From positions 234,174,001 to 234,238,000 of the forward strand of contig OZ024740.1 in NCBI GenBank assembly GCA_964016885.1: 64,000 nt of DNA, read 5' to 3'. The notes under the pieces were generated by a model. That model worked only from the letters and a program-made list of their open reading frames with translations, did not search any database and was not told the DNA's origin. Origin of the DNA: Eledone cirrhosa (Eukaryota). Every line of letters starts with the position of its first letter. Within the stretch, counting starts at the first letter, position 1. A program made the translations under genes and the position numbers. Positions 27,498 through 40,287 of the stretch are shown here, one piece after another.

Positions 27498-27901
27498 TTG
27501 CAACAGAAAGTGGAAAATACTTTTTTCAGGAAATCTCAAAGAAATGTAATTTTTTTTTCAATCAGAGACTGATTGCGGTGTGGAGAGTATAACTATTTAT
27601 TTCTTATTCGAAGTGTATGAGTATATTTCGTTTGTATTTGAAATAACATTGACATCCTTAAGAAATTGAAACAGAAAGAACAGTAATTTAAATTTTCAGA
27701 AAGTGAATATTTTATTTCTATTTTCATTTATTTATTATTATGTTTTTTGTTTGTTTTTTTTCAAATACGAATGACGATGTTTTATACATTTCAAATGTGA
27801 AGGAGTCAAGCTAATAGAGGTAGCACTGCAACGTTATTGAATGTTTTAGCTTTGGAGCTTCTACGCGGTCATCACTCATTATATATATATATATATATAT
27901 A

Positions 27902-28035
27902 TAGGAAAATAGGAAAAGAGTCAGGACCCCGACAGCTGGGCTCCTGTCGTTTCGACAGCTAGATCCGAACTAAGATCTAGCTGTCGAAACGACAGGAGCC
28001 CAGCCGTCGGGGTCCTGACTCTTTTCCTATTTTCC

Positions 28036-28038
<3 letters not shown>
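27902..28038. repeat. Near-perfect palindrome (~63-bp arms, 8-nt loop) in (TA)n carrying a half-hammerhead
   Basis: ..TTTCGACAGCTAGATC cgaactaa GATCTAGCTGTCGAAA..; related one-armed copies at ~20775-20822 and ~25316-25365. Confidence 0.85.
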
Positions 28039-28109
<71 letters not shown>

Positions 28110-28696
28110 TATGTATGTATGTATGTATGTGTGTGTATGAGTATGTATGTATATACAACAGCTGCTACGTCCAAGAGGCCGGGCTACTACGTAGAGCTCT
28201 CCCTCATTGTCTCATACATACATACGACTGTAGGATGAACTTTAAGGTAGATTTGACTGCTATGTCTAACATGTGGGGCTATAATCTAGAGGACTCTAAC
28301 ATACATGTACAATAGGATATGATTTAAGAGAGATTGGCTGTTATTTTTATCAGGTCTAACTCCTATGTAGAGGTTTCTCTCGTTGGCTCGTGCCTATATA
28401 CTGTAAATGCATAGGACAGAAGGATGTGGTTTGTAACAGCTTTAACTGCTGTTTCTAGTAGATCGAATGATCATGTAGAAACGCTGACATTAACTAGAGC
28501 GGAAGATGGACAGAACAGTATTATGCCATGCATATGTCTTTCCAATAACATTAGTTATCTTTATGCTTGGTGGAGCCTCTACGTGGTCGTTAAACCTAAT
28601 AGAAATAGAGAAAAATAAAAGAAATTATTATTAACTACACTTTCATTAAGAAATTGAAAGTGAAACACAGAATGTTTTAATTTTCTGAAATTGTAA

Positions 28697-28894
28697 GTTG
28701 TTTCTACTTTAGGCACAAGGCCAGCAATTGGGGGGGGGGTTAAATCGACCCCAGTACATTACTAGTACATTATTTTATCAACCCTATAAGGATGAAAGGC
28801 AAAGCTAACCTTGGCGGGATTTGAACTCAGAACGTAAAGGGCTGTAACTCTGTGCCGCAAAGCATATTGTCCGACGCTCTACCGATACTGCCAA
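28697..28894 (-). mobile_element. SINE family A
   Basis: Reverse-complement match to 15538-15733. Confidence 0.85.
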
Positions 28895-28951
28895 TTTCAA
28901 TTAATGTAAACAAAATATATTTATACACTTCTAATGACAATAAACTAAGTA

Positions 28952-29149
28952 CGAGGTCTGGCTGAAAAATTCATAGGCTGACCAAGATACTCACGTGGAA
29001 TGACCAAATAAGATTTATTATTCAACTTAGTCCATAGATAGAAACAATGCAGTTACTAATAAAAGGAGTTGAGAATAATGCATGCAATATTTAACAGCTC
29101 AAGCATCACTCATTCGTTGTAAGCCTGTGAACTTTTCAGTCAACTCTCG
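28952..29149. mobile_element. Tc1/mariner-type MITE
   Basis: Imperfect TIRs CGAGGTCTGGCTGAAAAATTCATAGGCT / AGCCTGTGAACTTTTCAGTCAACTCTCG flanked by TA. Confidence 0.75.
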
Positions 29150-29412
29150 TATAGAGCCGATAAAAGTATTGCAGTTATTTTATAACCCTAATCATTTTCC
29201 AAGAAAAATGTACCGAGTTTGATAGCACCTAAGACCACTCACCCACAACAAAAATGACTAGTAAAATATCATCCTGATTATAAATGCGTATTTGAGGTAT
29301 CTGGTAGGAAAACGGTTTTTCTTTTTGTTTTTTTGATTTTTTTTGTTTTTCCTTGATATTCCAAGCTGAAGTAGTGAGGGTTTCATGTTCGAGGAAAGGT
29401 CATACTATATGC

Positions 29413-29632
29413 CAGGCATGTCAAACATGTGGCCCGCGGGCTACATGCAGCCCTTTACAAGCACACCTGCGGCTCGCACAAAGGTTTTTACAGCACGAGC
29501 ATGTTTTATCTTCGTAATAAAAAAAATGTTTAAATGTGTTGTAATGTGTGCTATTAGTTGTGGCGTGTGGCCCTCGGACAACACATATGATACCTATGTA
29601 GTCCTCGGAGGACCCTCAGTTTGACATGCCTG
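29413..29632 (+). mobile_element. hAT (Charlie-like) MITE
   Basis: 14-bp TIR CAGGCATGTCAAAC / GTTTGACATGCCTG; degenerate 8-bp TSD CTATATGC / TTATATTC; right end matches 50700-50791. Confidence 0.85.
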
Positions 29633-30029
29633 TTATATTCCATGAAATACGGTGATGAATATTACTGAAAAATAAATATTATGATCGTTATTTTATTATT
29701 GGTGGAATGTTTTATGTTAAAAATTAAACTAACAATCAATAAAGAAGAATGAAAATCATATGTTTTGCCATAATTTTCTACATTTCATTGTTTGCCATTT
29801 GTTATAAAGAGAACGACAGAAGTATTGTGACAGAAAAAATATCTTATTAACCTATTTATGTTTTGTTTATTACAACTCTATTTACCTTGGATAATTTACT
29901 TGGGTCGGCTTTCAATCGCTGTTCTGTATATATATTGAGAGCAAGCATTTAAAGGTCTAAAACAGCGGTTCCCAGCATGGAGTCCGGAGACCTCATGGAA
30001 TACGTAAACTAAGTTCAAAAGTCCCTGTC

Positions 30030-30945
30030 CTCCAGTATACTACGGTCCAACGTAACTGGGACGGCATCAATTGTAGGTCTTCTTTCAGGTGGAGCGAGTC
30101 CGACTTGGACCATCACCGCCTCGCCTGCCTCCGCTCCACTTCTCAGCCCAACAGCGGTGCGTGGATCAATTCGGTGCCCTCCTCATCAAACGTTACCCTA
30201 CTTGATGCACTCGCATCGGAGTAGCCCAACGCCTTGGCCTCCGCGTGTGTGATCCACATAAATGCTGCCGCGGGGCGGTTGTTGACAAGTTTGGCCTGTA
30301 CCCTCTGTCTTGCCGCCAGAGCGCAGGCCGGTTCCCCCCGACATGCCACTCTCAACGACACACTGAGAAGGAGCCTGGGGCCAGCAGGCCTAGACCACGG
30401 AGATGGCAAGCGTCCCGACGGAATCACCCTCTTCCCATTCGAAGGAGGTAGATCCCTCATCTGGGATGCCACTTGCTGCGACACGTTCTCCGCCTCCAAT
30501 TTGGTCCCTTCGGCATCACGGCCCCCTCGCAGAAGAACGGAAAATAAACAAATACCGGTGACTGTCTGGCCGCTTCCTCTTCGCACTGGTCGCCGTCGAG
30601 ACCTGAGGCGTTCTTGGACCCCGTACAGCCGAGCTCTTCTGCAAGATCGGAACGTCGGTGGCCCGTCTGAGAGAGGAGCTCCACGAGGTTGGGTGGATGT
30701 TGCAGCGAGTGTCACTGGCCATTGTCCGCGGGAATGCTTTTGTCTTCTTGTCCGGAGGGTACAGCCATTCTGCCTCCCTGCCCTAGGCCCAAAGCCCAAT
30801 CATCCTCCTCCTTCACCCCTCGCCTCTCGTCTGCGACACTAGAGTTCTTACAATCCACTCCCCTTGTCGTTTTTTTTTTTTTCTTTATCTCTTTTTTCGC
30901 TATATTTTCCTATTTGTTTTTCTTTTGTATCCTTTTCTATTAAAA
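30030..30945 (+). mobile_element. CRE-clade-like non-LTR retrotransposon 3' fragment (RLE endonuclease), frameshifted
   Basis: GC-rich island; [51 protein letters not shown]; T-rich 3' end. Confidence 0.72.
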
Positions 30946-31398
30946 TATGCACATGTAATTAAGTATCCATTCTTCTTTACATATAAACATTTCTCTCATA
31001 ATAATCTGGAAGGGGTTTAATTGTAGTAGAGGCTTTGTAGAAGAATTCATTTCAATAAACGGCACCCTTGGTAAAGAGAAGTTTGGGGGCTACTACTCTA
31101 AAGCAATGAAATGTTATTGCAGAAGTAGGCTCACATTTAAAACTGGAGACATATACGTTATGGTACCGTATTTGTAACATTATAAAGCAATAAAAGATAA
31201 CTGCAGGAAATGATTGTATAGAAGGGAAGGTTTTAATGAATGGGAATATTCTGGGAAAGAATACATATAAGAAGAGGAAGAGACATTTGTTTTTAGATTT
31301 GAACTGAACGATGGACTGAAGCTTAAATTGAAAGCAAACAGAAAAGAAGATACAAAATTATTTTCATGGAAGGAGCCGAACACACACACGTACACAAA

Positions 31399-31474
<76 letters not shown>

Positions 31475-31665
31475 ATTGACATACCAGAGTGAAACAAACA
31501 AAAATTAATGAAGGACTGACTTAACGAACATGAAATAAGTTCGTGAAATGATAGTCTTCAGATGTACACTGACAGGATGCGCACCATGAATAAAATTCGT
31601 ATGGGTGAAAATAGTGCTGGCGCATGTACAAATTCTTTCAAGTATGCAGATAGATGATAGTGAAG

Positions 31666-31915
31666 GTGTGTGGCTTAGTGGTTAGAGAGTTGGATTCGCA
31701 ATCGTGAGGTTGCTAGTTCAATTCTTGGACCGGGTGATGCGTTGAGTCCTTTGGGCAGAGTTTTTATTTCACGTTGCTCTTTTTGCCAGGTGTTGGGACC
31801 GTTAGATAGTATCAGCAATGAAAAGACCAATGGAAACATTGTTTCCTTGGTCCGATTTGACGAGGTCCACCCCACTCAGCAATCGAATGAGGTCTGGGAC
31901 GTTGGCAATCGATCA
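31666..31915 (+). mobile_element. tRNA-derived SINE family B (CORE-like); related copy at ~34149-34385
   Basis: TGGCTTAGTGG A box, GTTCAATTC B box, TTTATTTCACGTTGCTC core. Confidence 0.75.
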
Positions 31916-31967
31916 GAGCGAGCGATACAGAGATACACAGACAGAAAGTTAAATATAGATAGATAGA

Positions 31968-32200
31968 CTAGCAGAAAACCACTCGCGCGGCGGTTTTCTG
32001 CTAGTCTATATATCTAAAACAGAGAATGTCTGTCTGTCTGTCAGCTCACTAAAACTTGAGAACCATCCAACCGATTGTTTTCAAACTTTAGATATGTAAT
32101 ACTTATGGTCCTGTGAGTGTTATGAGCAAAAATTATTTCAAATTTTCAATGCCCTAGGGACCGTATTAGGCGATTTAGCGTTCTCTCTATATAATTCTTA
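31968..32200 (+). mobile_element. Non-autonomous Helitron-like termini (CTAG|TC junction) followed by a 5' end with (GTCT)n
   Basis: CTAGCAGAAAACC..GGTTTTCTGCTAG then TCTATATATCTAAAACAGAGAATGTCTGTCTG..CAACCGATT, similar to the Helitron 5' end at 63735. Confidence 0.6.
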
Positions 32201-32924
32201 GTCTTTCTTTTTAGATAGATACATAGATATAACGTTGCGCCCTTATCATAACTGTCTGTATGTCTGGCTGTCTGCATTACGTCATTATGACGCGCTCAGT
32301 GTGTGTGTGTATATATATATGTATCGTAATGCATACAGCAAGACATAGCTTTCCTTCCCCTCTTCCAGCGTCTCTCTCTCTCTCTCTCCCGCTATCCACC
32401 TCTTGTAGTCTGTCTCTTTCTTTCACTTCTGGCTTGTGCAAGGTGTCTCTATAGCAACCAGCGATTCCCTCGGCCTCAGTGACCAAAGTCAGTGGAGAGG
32501 GGAAGGTAATGTTTCTGTAGCACGTATTTTAGCGTCTATTCACTCTCTCTCTCTCCCTCTCTCCCTCCCGCTATCCCCCTCTCGTAGTCTGTCTCTTTCT
32601 TTCACTCTCACTCTCTCTCTACGCACGTGTTTCCACTGTCGGACAGACAGACAGAGAAATTGCTGGTTATATTTATATAAGGAGATGTATAGACAAACAG
32701 ATAAATTAAGAAATAATTTAGGAAGTTTTTTTCTCTCCCTATCTTATCCGAATCCAGCCAATAATGAAGTCTTCTCAATTATACATACTTCTCCAAATAA
32801 GTGACTACGATTATTTAGAAGTAAACAACAAAAAATGGCGTCAGTTTACTTCCGAACAGAAACTGTTTACCCGGTTTGGGTTCATTTCGATTATCATTGA
32901 GCATCCATTACCGTAGATCAAAAC

Positions 32925-32963
<39 letters not shown>

Positions 32964-32969
<6 letters not shown>

Positions 32970-33320
32970 ATATTAAATAAATGGAAACTATATTTATAAA
33001 ACCATATTTATTCAATTTTATATATTTCAAGGGGACCAAAATTTTGGTACGCTATCGTCAGATAAAATACAAAATGTTTTATAAATATTTGACATAACCA
33101 AGGATAATATACCTTAACGGTTTAAGTTATCCCTGGAAAAAAGAAATATTTATAAAACATTTTGTATTTTATCTGATGATATCGTACCAAAATTTTGGTA
33201 CCCTTGAAATATATATAATTGAATAAATATGGTTGTATAAATATAGTTTCCATTTATTTAATATCATTGAATATTTACTCCAGAAAATCTGTCGAGTGCT
33301 CTGAATCAGTTATAAACATT
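32964..33320. mobile_element. Foldback PLE-like pLTR fragment with degenerate hammerhead in both arms
   Basis: Arms 32964-33090 / 33143-33270; CTGATGA..GTACCAA/TTGGTAC..GAAA TATATA TA at 33173-33217; (TA)n flank. Confidence 0.72.
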
Positions 33321-33392
33321 TATATTTGTTGTATTTCCAACAAATTAAATATCGCTTCCACTTATATATATAAATATATATATATATACATA

Positions 33393-33695
33393 CAGTTGTC
33401 CCCCGGTATTCGCGGGGGTTACGTCCTAGAACACCCGCAGAGACTTAAAAACCGCGAATATTGGACGTGGTGCATAAAAATGTTTATAAACGACAAAACA
33501 TAACGTAAAATATAGGCGGGCAAATGCGGTATATTGTTATGAATAATATAGTGATAAAAAGCGTGAAAACATATATATTTATATTGCCACGGAAAAAGCC
33601 ATTAAAAAATCGCCGAAGATATTTACGATTCCGCGAATATGCGGTGGTTTCAACGAACAATTATTAGTTAGGGTCTAAAGAAATTTCCGCGAATA
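33393..33695. mobile_element. Tigger/pogo-like MITE, left part
   Basis: TA|CAGTTGTCCCCCGGTATTCGCGGGGGTTACG start; repeated CCGCGAATA; no right TIR found. Confidence 0.5.
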
Positions 33696-33774
33696 ACAAA
33701 ATGGCATCTATGAAACAAAAAGGGAAAGACTTCATGCTCACCCTGTGTGTGTGTATATACATATATATATATAT

Positions 33775-34150
33775 AGTATATTTGGTAATATACCGTATGT
33801 TTAATTAAAAACATATAGAAGACCATACGCTATCAGTTTTAAAGTAGTGACTATGTTACTTACTTCTTTTCGGCGAAATAAGGGAGAGAAGCTGACACTC
33901 CCCTGCTTCCGCCGAAAATTATAGAAGCTGGATTCTTATAGAATTCCAGTAATAATCAGGAGCTGATTATACAGAGCGATTGTCGGTCCAGCAAAAATTA
34001 TGGATTAGGATTGGTGCTCTAAAATAGCGATGTATGCATGAATCTATGTATAGTATATTTGGCAATATACCGTATGTTTAATTAAAAACATATAGAAGAC
34101 CATACGCTATCAGTTTTAAAGTAGTGACTATGTCACTTACTTCTTTTCGG
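33775..34150. repeat. ~98-bp direct repeats 33775-33872 and 34051-34150; third partial copy at ~54428-54505
   Basis: TATATTTGG.AATATACCGTATGTTTAATTAAAAACAT.TAGAAGACCATACGCTATCAG seen three times. Confidence 0.85.
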
Positions 34151-36224
34151 CTTAGTGGTTAGGGTGTTCAATTCAGGATTATAAGGTCGTGAATTCGTCT
34201 CCCAGCGACATGTTGTCTCCTTGTGCAAGGCACGTTATTTCACGTTGTTCCAGTTCCCTTAGCTGGCAAGTAATGAACTATAGCTGTAATTCAAAATGCC
34301 AGCCTTGAATGTCCCCGAGAATCATTTTTAAAGTACACGTGTTTGTAGAACGCTGAGGTATTTGCATATTAATTTCACGAGAAGGTTGGTCCAACACACA
34401 CTATATATGTATGCGAGTTGAGACAGACATAGAGAGAGAGGGGCAGAGAGAGAGGGGGAGGGAGAGAGAAGAAACACCGTTAGCAGAGAATTATGATTTC
34501 TGACATGAATGAAAACATTTTAGAACATTTAAAACATTTGCCACTCACGCCCCTTTTTGTTTTACTTTCTTTTTAATTGTATTCTACGAATTCGAAATAT
34601 AAAGTTAGAACGTTTTTGTCAGATTGATAAAATAGGCTGTCTAGTTATTATATTATAAATTAGTGTTGATCTGCGTCAAAATAGTAAAGCGCTGGACAAA
34701 ATACTTAGTGTTGTATAGTGAATTTTTTTTTTTTTTTTTTTTAACATTCTGAGTTCCACTCCCTTCTAGAACGATTTCGCATTTTATCTCGATGAAATAG
34801 GCTCCAGGAAAGTAATGTGGTTAATCTAGGCTTTTCAAAAAAATTGTGAGGTTTTGTGCTTGTGTTAGAAATCATTATTTTTTATATTAAAATGCTAATA
34901 ATAGATTATATTGGGTGTAAATTGTCGGTCAATCAGTGGAAAGTGGGTGGTAAAATGTGCAACAGAGCAAGAGAACAAAGGCAATGGTAGGGATAGGAGC
35001 AACAAACGCCGAATCTTTTTATCTAATTTCACGTCTCTGCGACTATCTTACGTCATCAAAATCCAATCAATAATGAATTTTTTCAACCATACAGTGCTCG
35101 ATTTAGGACAAATGAGGCTCTGTGCTAGTTAAGTTATGAGGCCCCTTTGAACGTTTGACATTTGAAAAACATTAGAAAAATTCAGCGTAAAAATCTTTTT
35201 GAACTGGAAGATGAGCATCCTGGCCAATTGGGCCCCGTCCTTAAGCACACCTAAGCACAATGGTGAATCCGGCACTGCAAACATACAACGATTATTTAGA
35301 GATAAATGACAGGAAATGGCGTGAGTTTGCTTACGCACATAAGCTGTTAACTGGTTTCAGTTAGTTTTGATTATTATTGCTCATACATTACCGTAGGTCA
35401 AGATAGTGCTACATTATTTTAATAATATGTAATATCTAACCTTAAGGCGGCAAATTGGCAGAGTCGTTAGAATATTGGATAGAGTGCTTTGCCGTATTTG
35501 TTCCGGATCTGTGCTCTGAGTTTAAATCCCGCCGTGGCCAACTTTACTTTTCATCCTTTTGATGTTGATAAAGAAGTACCAGTCGATTTTTCCTTTATAT
35601 CTCTTTCTCACTTCTTTAGATGTAATAGGCTGTGTTCAGACCTGGAAAGGAGATGGGCTCAGCTGGGTTAAATAAGTGCCTAAGAAATACCGTATGTTCT
35701 TGTGGCGCCCCAACGACTCCGCCAGGAGTTACAGGTCTATATATACAATATATAATCTCACCTCTTTATGGAAAGGAGATGGTAAGTGTGGGTGTGCATT
35801 AGAGAGAAAAAAAAGGAGAGCGGAGGTGGCGGTGAAGGCGATTTTTTAAATATTTAAACCTATACTGTATGAAAAATATTGTTTATCTACAAATTATGAG
35901 TAAAATATTTCATTTTGGGAGTTTCAGTCATTAGTTAAATTTATTCAATCCATATGTAATATTTACTGTATAAATTTTGTGTTTATATTAACTTACAAAT
36001 AAAACACTTAAAATAACATTTTGATCTTTAATACTTGGTAGTTGTTTCTAATTAAAACGTAGAATTTCCACGGGGTCAGCTAATTATTGTAATTAGCTCT
36101 TTCAGCAGACTAGTTTATTGGATTCAGTTATGCAATATCCTTATCAATTCCTATTTAGGCCCTCTTGACAAATCCAAAGCCACATAGAGTTAAAAAGGGA
36201 GTTCTTGTAAGACCTCTTAACGAT

Positions 36225-36462
36225 GAAAGTAAAAGCTAACCTCGGCGGAATTTGAACTCAAAATAAAACTACTAATATTTGTTTCTACTTTTGGCACAAG
36301 GCCAGCAATTACCCAATGCATTACTGGTACTTTATTCTATCGACCCCGGAAGGATGAAAGGCAAAGCTAACCTCGGCGGGATTTGAACTCAGTCCGTAAA
36401 GGGACGTAACTCTGTGCTGCAAAGCATGGTGTCCGACCTTCTACCGATACTGCCAATCCACC
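36225..36462 (-). mobile_element. SINE family A plus adjacent fragment
   Basis: Reverse-complement match to the family consensus. Confidence 0.85.
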
Positions 36463-36801
36463 AATACACACACAAATGCACTTACATGCACAACTTCACA
36501 AAACTATTCATACACTATCACACATATCTCAGCATACATATTTACCAAATGAGAAATCTTCTCTAATCGCGTCAACCCAGTGATTTATCTTCTCGACTAG
36601 ACTTCCCTCACTCTCAATCATCAACAAATTCTTCGATCTTTCTCTCTTTGCAGGAACTATTTCAATCTACAAGATAGTATGCTAGTGTGTCCCATTTACA
36701 AGGAGGGCAATCTCTCTTAATTTGCTAACTATTCACATATTGCTTACATCTCCAACAACTTAATTTTAATAGAATTATATTTTTTCAAACTTAGACAGAC
36801 T

Positions 36802-36898
<97 letters not shown>

Positions 36899-37024
36899 CT
36901 GCTCATTTTCTCGCTCATCCTCTCTCACAAAATCTCTCTTTCTCTGTTTTAGGTAATCTGAGAATTCCTCATTGAGGGCACAACCCAAGAAAGATCATGT
37001 GATTAAAGACTTTAATAATAATAA

Positions 37025-37860
37025 TTGTTTCTAACAGGCACAAAATCATCATCATCTTCATCATCATCATCATCATCAGGATAATGACAATAATTATTTC
37101 TAAAATTGACCAGCAATTCGGGAGAAGGAAAGAGTCTACTATATTGACCCCAGTACCTAACTGGCACTTTATTTTATCCACCCCGGAAGGATGAAAAGCA
37201 AACTTGACCTCAGCGGGATTTGAATTCAGAATGTAGAAAGTCGTAACAAAATACCGCAAAGCATTTTGTACGACGCTCTACCGATTCTGCCAATCTACCA
37301 CCCAGTAGAGCTATTGCAAAAGGTTTGCTTCCTTGGCACGACTAAGATTATTAGAAAAGTACTAGATGGGTGAAGAGAACAAATAGCATGGTATCGTAGA
37401 CCGCAGGTAGCAAGGTCCCTACCCATGCAAGAATCCAAGAGTTCCAAGAAAACCTGAGTTAAAAGAAATAATTGTTTCTACTTTAGGCACAAGGCCAGCA
37501 ATTACCCAGTGCATTACTGGTACTTTATTTTATCGACCCCGTAAGGAAGAAAGGCAAAGTTAACCTCGGCGGGATTTGAACTCAGTCCGTAAAGGGACGT
37601 AACTATGCTGCAAAGTAATATATAAGTGATTGAGTTAAAAGAACTAATAATAATTGTTTCTACTTTAAGCACAGGCCAGCAATTTTGGGGGAGGGGAAAG
37701 TCGATTAAATCGACCCCTGTGCATTACTAGTACTTTATTTTATCGACCTCGCAGGGATGAAAAGCGAAGCTGACCTCGGCGGAATATGAACTCAAAACGT
37801 AAAGGGCCATAACTAAATGCTGCAAAGCATATTGTCCGATGCTCTACCGATTCAGCCAAT
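37025..37860 (-). mobile_element. Three SINE family A copies interleaved with a + strand RLE retrotransposon 3' tip (37304-37465)
   Basis: SINEs at ~37025-37302, 37467-37612 and 37650-37860; VELLQKVCFLGTTKIIRKVLDG* on +. Confidence 0.78.
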
Positions 37861-38076
37861 TTCTAGCATTGATGCAATGTCACAATGTCGTAGGAGAGAA
37901 AGGCACACATTATAAGTGATTGAGTTGACGCCAGTATAAACTGACACTTTATACACACTCAATATTCTGTCCTGTGCCGTCCTTAATGTTTTCTCAATGT
38001 AAACCCTTTGTGGTTAATACAGAAATCTATTTTATTGACCCCCCACTACCACCACCACCACCACACACATATCTCA

Positions 38077-38603
38077 CCTGCCCCTTTGACACAAGAGTGC
38101 AAAAAAGAGAAGGAGAAAATTAAGCGATACCAGGATTTAAAGTGACAATTAAAAAGGCTTTGGAGCTGTCGTGAGATCAAGGTCGTCCCGGTTGTCATAG
38201 GAGCACTAGGTACTATCCCGAAGAGTTTTCAAGGATGGTTAGAGAACCTTTTTTTGGAACACTTCAAAAGGCATGCTTGCTGGGAACTGCAAGAACCCTC
38301 CGGTATGTCCTGAATATCTGAGGCTGCAGGTAGCGGCTTGATGTTCATTTAAACAAACCTTCAAGTTAAATAACTGTTTCTACTTTAGGCACAAGGTCAG
38401 CAATTACCCAGTGCATTACTGGTACTTTATTTTATCGACCCCGTAAGGATGAAAGGCAAAGTCAACCTCGGCGGGATTTGAACTCAGACCGTAAAGGGAC
38501 GTAACTATGCTGGAAAGCATGGCGTCCGACCCTCTACCGATACTGCCAATCCACCGCCAAGTTAAATAACATCAATGACTGAGACTCCAAGAATATAATA
38601 ATC

Positions 38604-38605
<2 letters not shown>
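38077..38605 (+). mobile_element. Older R4/Dong family 1 3' fragment interrupted by a SINE
   Basis: Matches 1297-1630 (CPFDTRVQ..LQKACLLGTARTLRYVLNI*) and its 3' UTR; followed by (GAT)n. Confidence 0.88.
38375..38558 (-). mobile_element. SINE family A, full length, 12-bp TSD
   Basis: AAGTTAAATAAC at 38363-38374 and 38559-38570. Confidence 0.93.
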
Positions 38606-38647
<42 letters not shown>

Positions 38648-38813
38648 AATGGTGGTTTCTTTTAATGTCCACTAAGCCGTCAAATGAAGAGGACATTACA
38701 AAAACAAATGTTAAATGCTATTCTTCCAAAATTATTTTCGTCCAAGGTAATACTGCAATTATTTCTTGACTGAATCTTTGAATACAAAGAAAGAAACAAG
38801 AACAACAACAAAC

Positions 38814-39665
38814 ATGAATGACAAATTCCATCAGTGTAAAATTTGCAATAAGGTCTTCTCTCGCAGTGCTAATTTAACCAGGCATATGCGTGTGCATACT
38901 GGGGAGAAACCTTACAGCTGTAATATATGTAGCAAATCATTTTCTCTCAACTGTACTCTGTATCGACACAAACAAATGCATGCCGGTGAAAGACCCTATG
39001 AATGTAAAGTATGTGGCAAGACATTCTCACAGACTAGCCACTTGTCAGAACATGTGTTAATTCATACAGGTGAAAAGTCGTACCAATGCGAAATCTGTGG
39101 TAAAACATTCTCTCGAAATAGCTACCTCTCAACACATAAATGGATGCACTCTGGCCAGAAACCACATACTTGCACAATTTGTGGTAAAACATTCTCTCGA
39201 ACCAGTCATTTAGCAAGCCACCAAAGTGTACATAGTGGTGAGAAACCATTCCATTGTGATGAATGTGGGAAAAATTTCTCTCGCAACAGTCATTTAACAA
39301 CACACCTACAGATTCACACTGGTGAGAAACCTTTCCACTGTGACATTTGTGGTAAAGCATTCTCACATAACAGTTACCTGTCTGGCCACAAACGTATACA
39401 CACGGGAGAAAAACCTTATACTTGTGATATCTGTGGTAAATCGTTTTCTCGTAGTAGTCACCTGTCAAGACACAAGTGGACCCACACAGGAGAGAAACCA
39501 TTTCGTTGTGATATATGTGGTAAAGCTTTCACACAGAACAGTCACTTAACAAAACACAAATGGCTACATAGGGGAAATGAGGAATATCGGTGTCAAATAT
39601 GTAATAAAACATTTGAAGAAAATAATCTTCTCGCTGCACATGTCTGGACACACACAGAAGGTTGA
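38814..39665 (+). CDS. C2H2 zinc-finger protein, 10 tandem fingers, no effector domain in this exon
   Basis: Intact ORF from ATG 38814; ten C-x2-C-x12-H-x3-H fingers with TGEKP-type linkers; candidate splice acceptor TTTTCGTCCAAG ending 38746. Large tandem C2H2 expansions are established for coleoids. Confidence 0.93.
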   Translation: MNDKFHQCKICNKVFSRSANLTRHMRVHTGEKPYSCNICSKSFSLNCTLYRHKQMHAGERPYECKVCGKTFSQTSHLSEHVLIHTGEKSYQCEICGKTFSRNSYLSTHKWMHSGQKPHTCTICGKTFSRTSHLASHQSVHSGEKPFHCDECGKNFSRNSHLTTHLQIHTGEKPFHCDICGKAFSHNSYLSGHKRIHTGEKPYTCDICGKSFSRSSHLSRHKWTHTGEKPFRCDICGKAFTQNSHLTKHKWLHRGNEEYRCQICNKTFEENNLLAAHVWTHTEG

Positions 39666-39805
39666 TATTACTTTATTTAAAAAAATCCAAGGTATAAAAT
39701 ATCAATATACAATATTCAAAACAACAATACATAAGACATCAAAATGCAATATTGTATTTAAACACACGCTATACAAACAAACACACACACACACACATAC
39801 ATATA

Positions 39806-39881
39806 CAGGTGTCCCCAAAATGTGTACACACTTCAACAGCTTTCTGATTAAAGTGTGTATAATGTTTTGGTGGACACCCTG
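39806..39881. mobile_element. 76-bp Tc1-like mini-MITE in the putative ZNF 3' UTR
   Basis: TA|CAGGTGTCCCCAAAA...TTTTGGTGGACACCCTG|TA. Confidence 0.72.
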
Positions 39882-39912
<31 letters not shown>

Positions 39913-40119
39913 ATATTATATCATATATATATATATATATGATATAATTGTTTCTATTTTAGGCACAAGGCCAACAATTATCCAGTACATTACTGGTACT
40001 TTATTAGTAATGTACTGAGTAATATATATGATATAATATAATATATATTATATATTATATATATATATATATATATATGATATAATATAATATATATATA
40101 TAAGATTTAATATAATGTA

Positions 40120-40160
<41 letters not shown>

Positions 40161-40287
40161 TAATATATATTATATTATATACATAGATATATATATATAT
40201 ATAAATAGGAGCTGGACATATCGATATATTGACGGAATAAAATACACTTCAACAACATGTGTACCTGTCTTTTCCACACCAATTCGG

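Noticed and set aside
30143-30799. 218-aa minus-strand ORF or GC-rich island as a foreign gene
   Set aside because: Antisense shadow of the CRE-like RLE fragment.
36545-36760. Jockey/CR1-like RT remnant (PIYKEG..NY..I)
   Set aside because: Too short and decayed to call.
38766-38813. TTG start for the ZNF ORF
   Set aside because: The ATG at 38814, or an upstream exon, is more plausible in a eukaryote.
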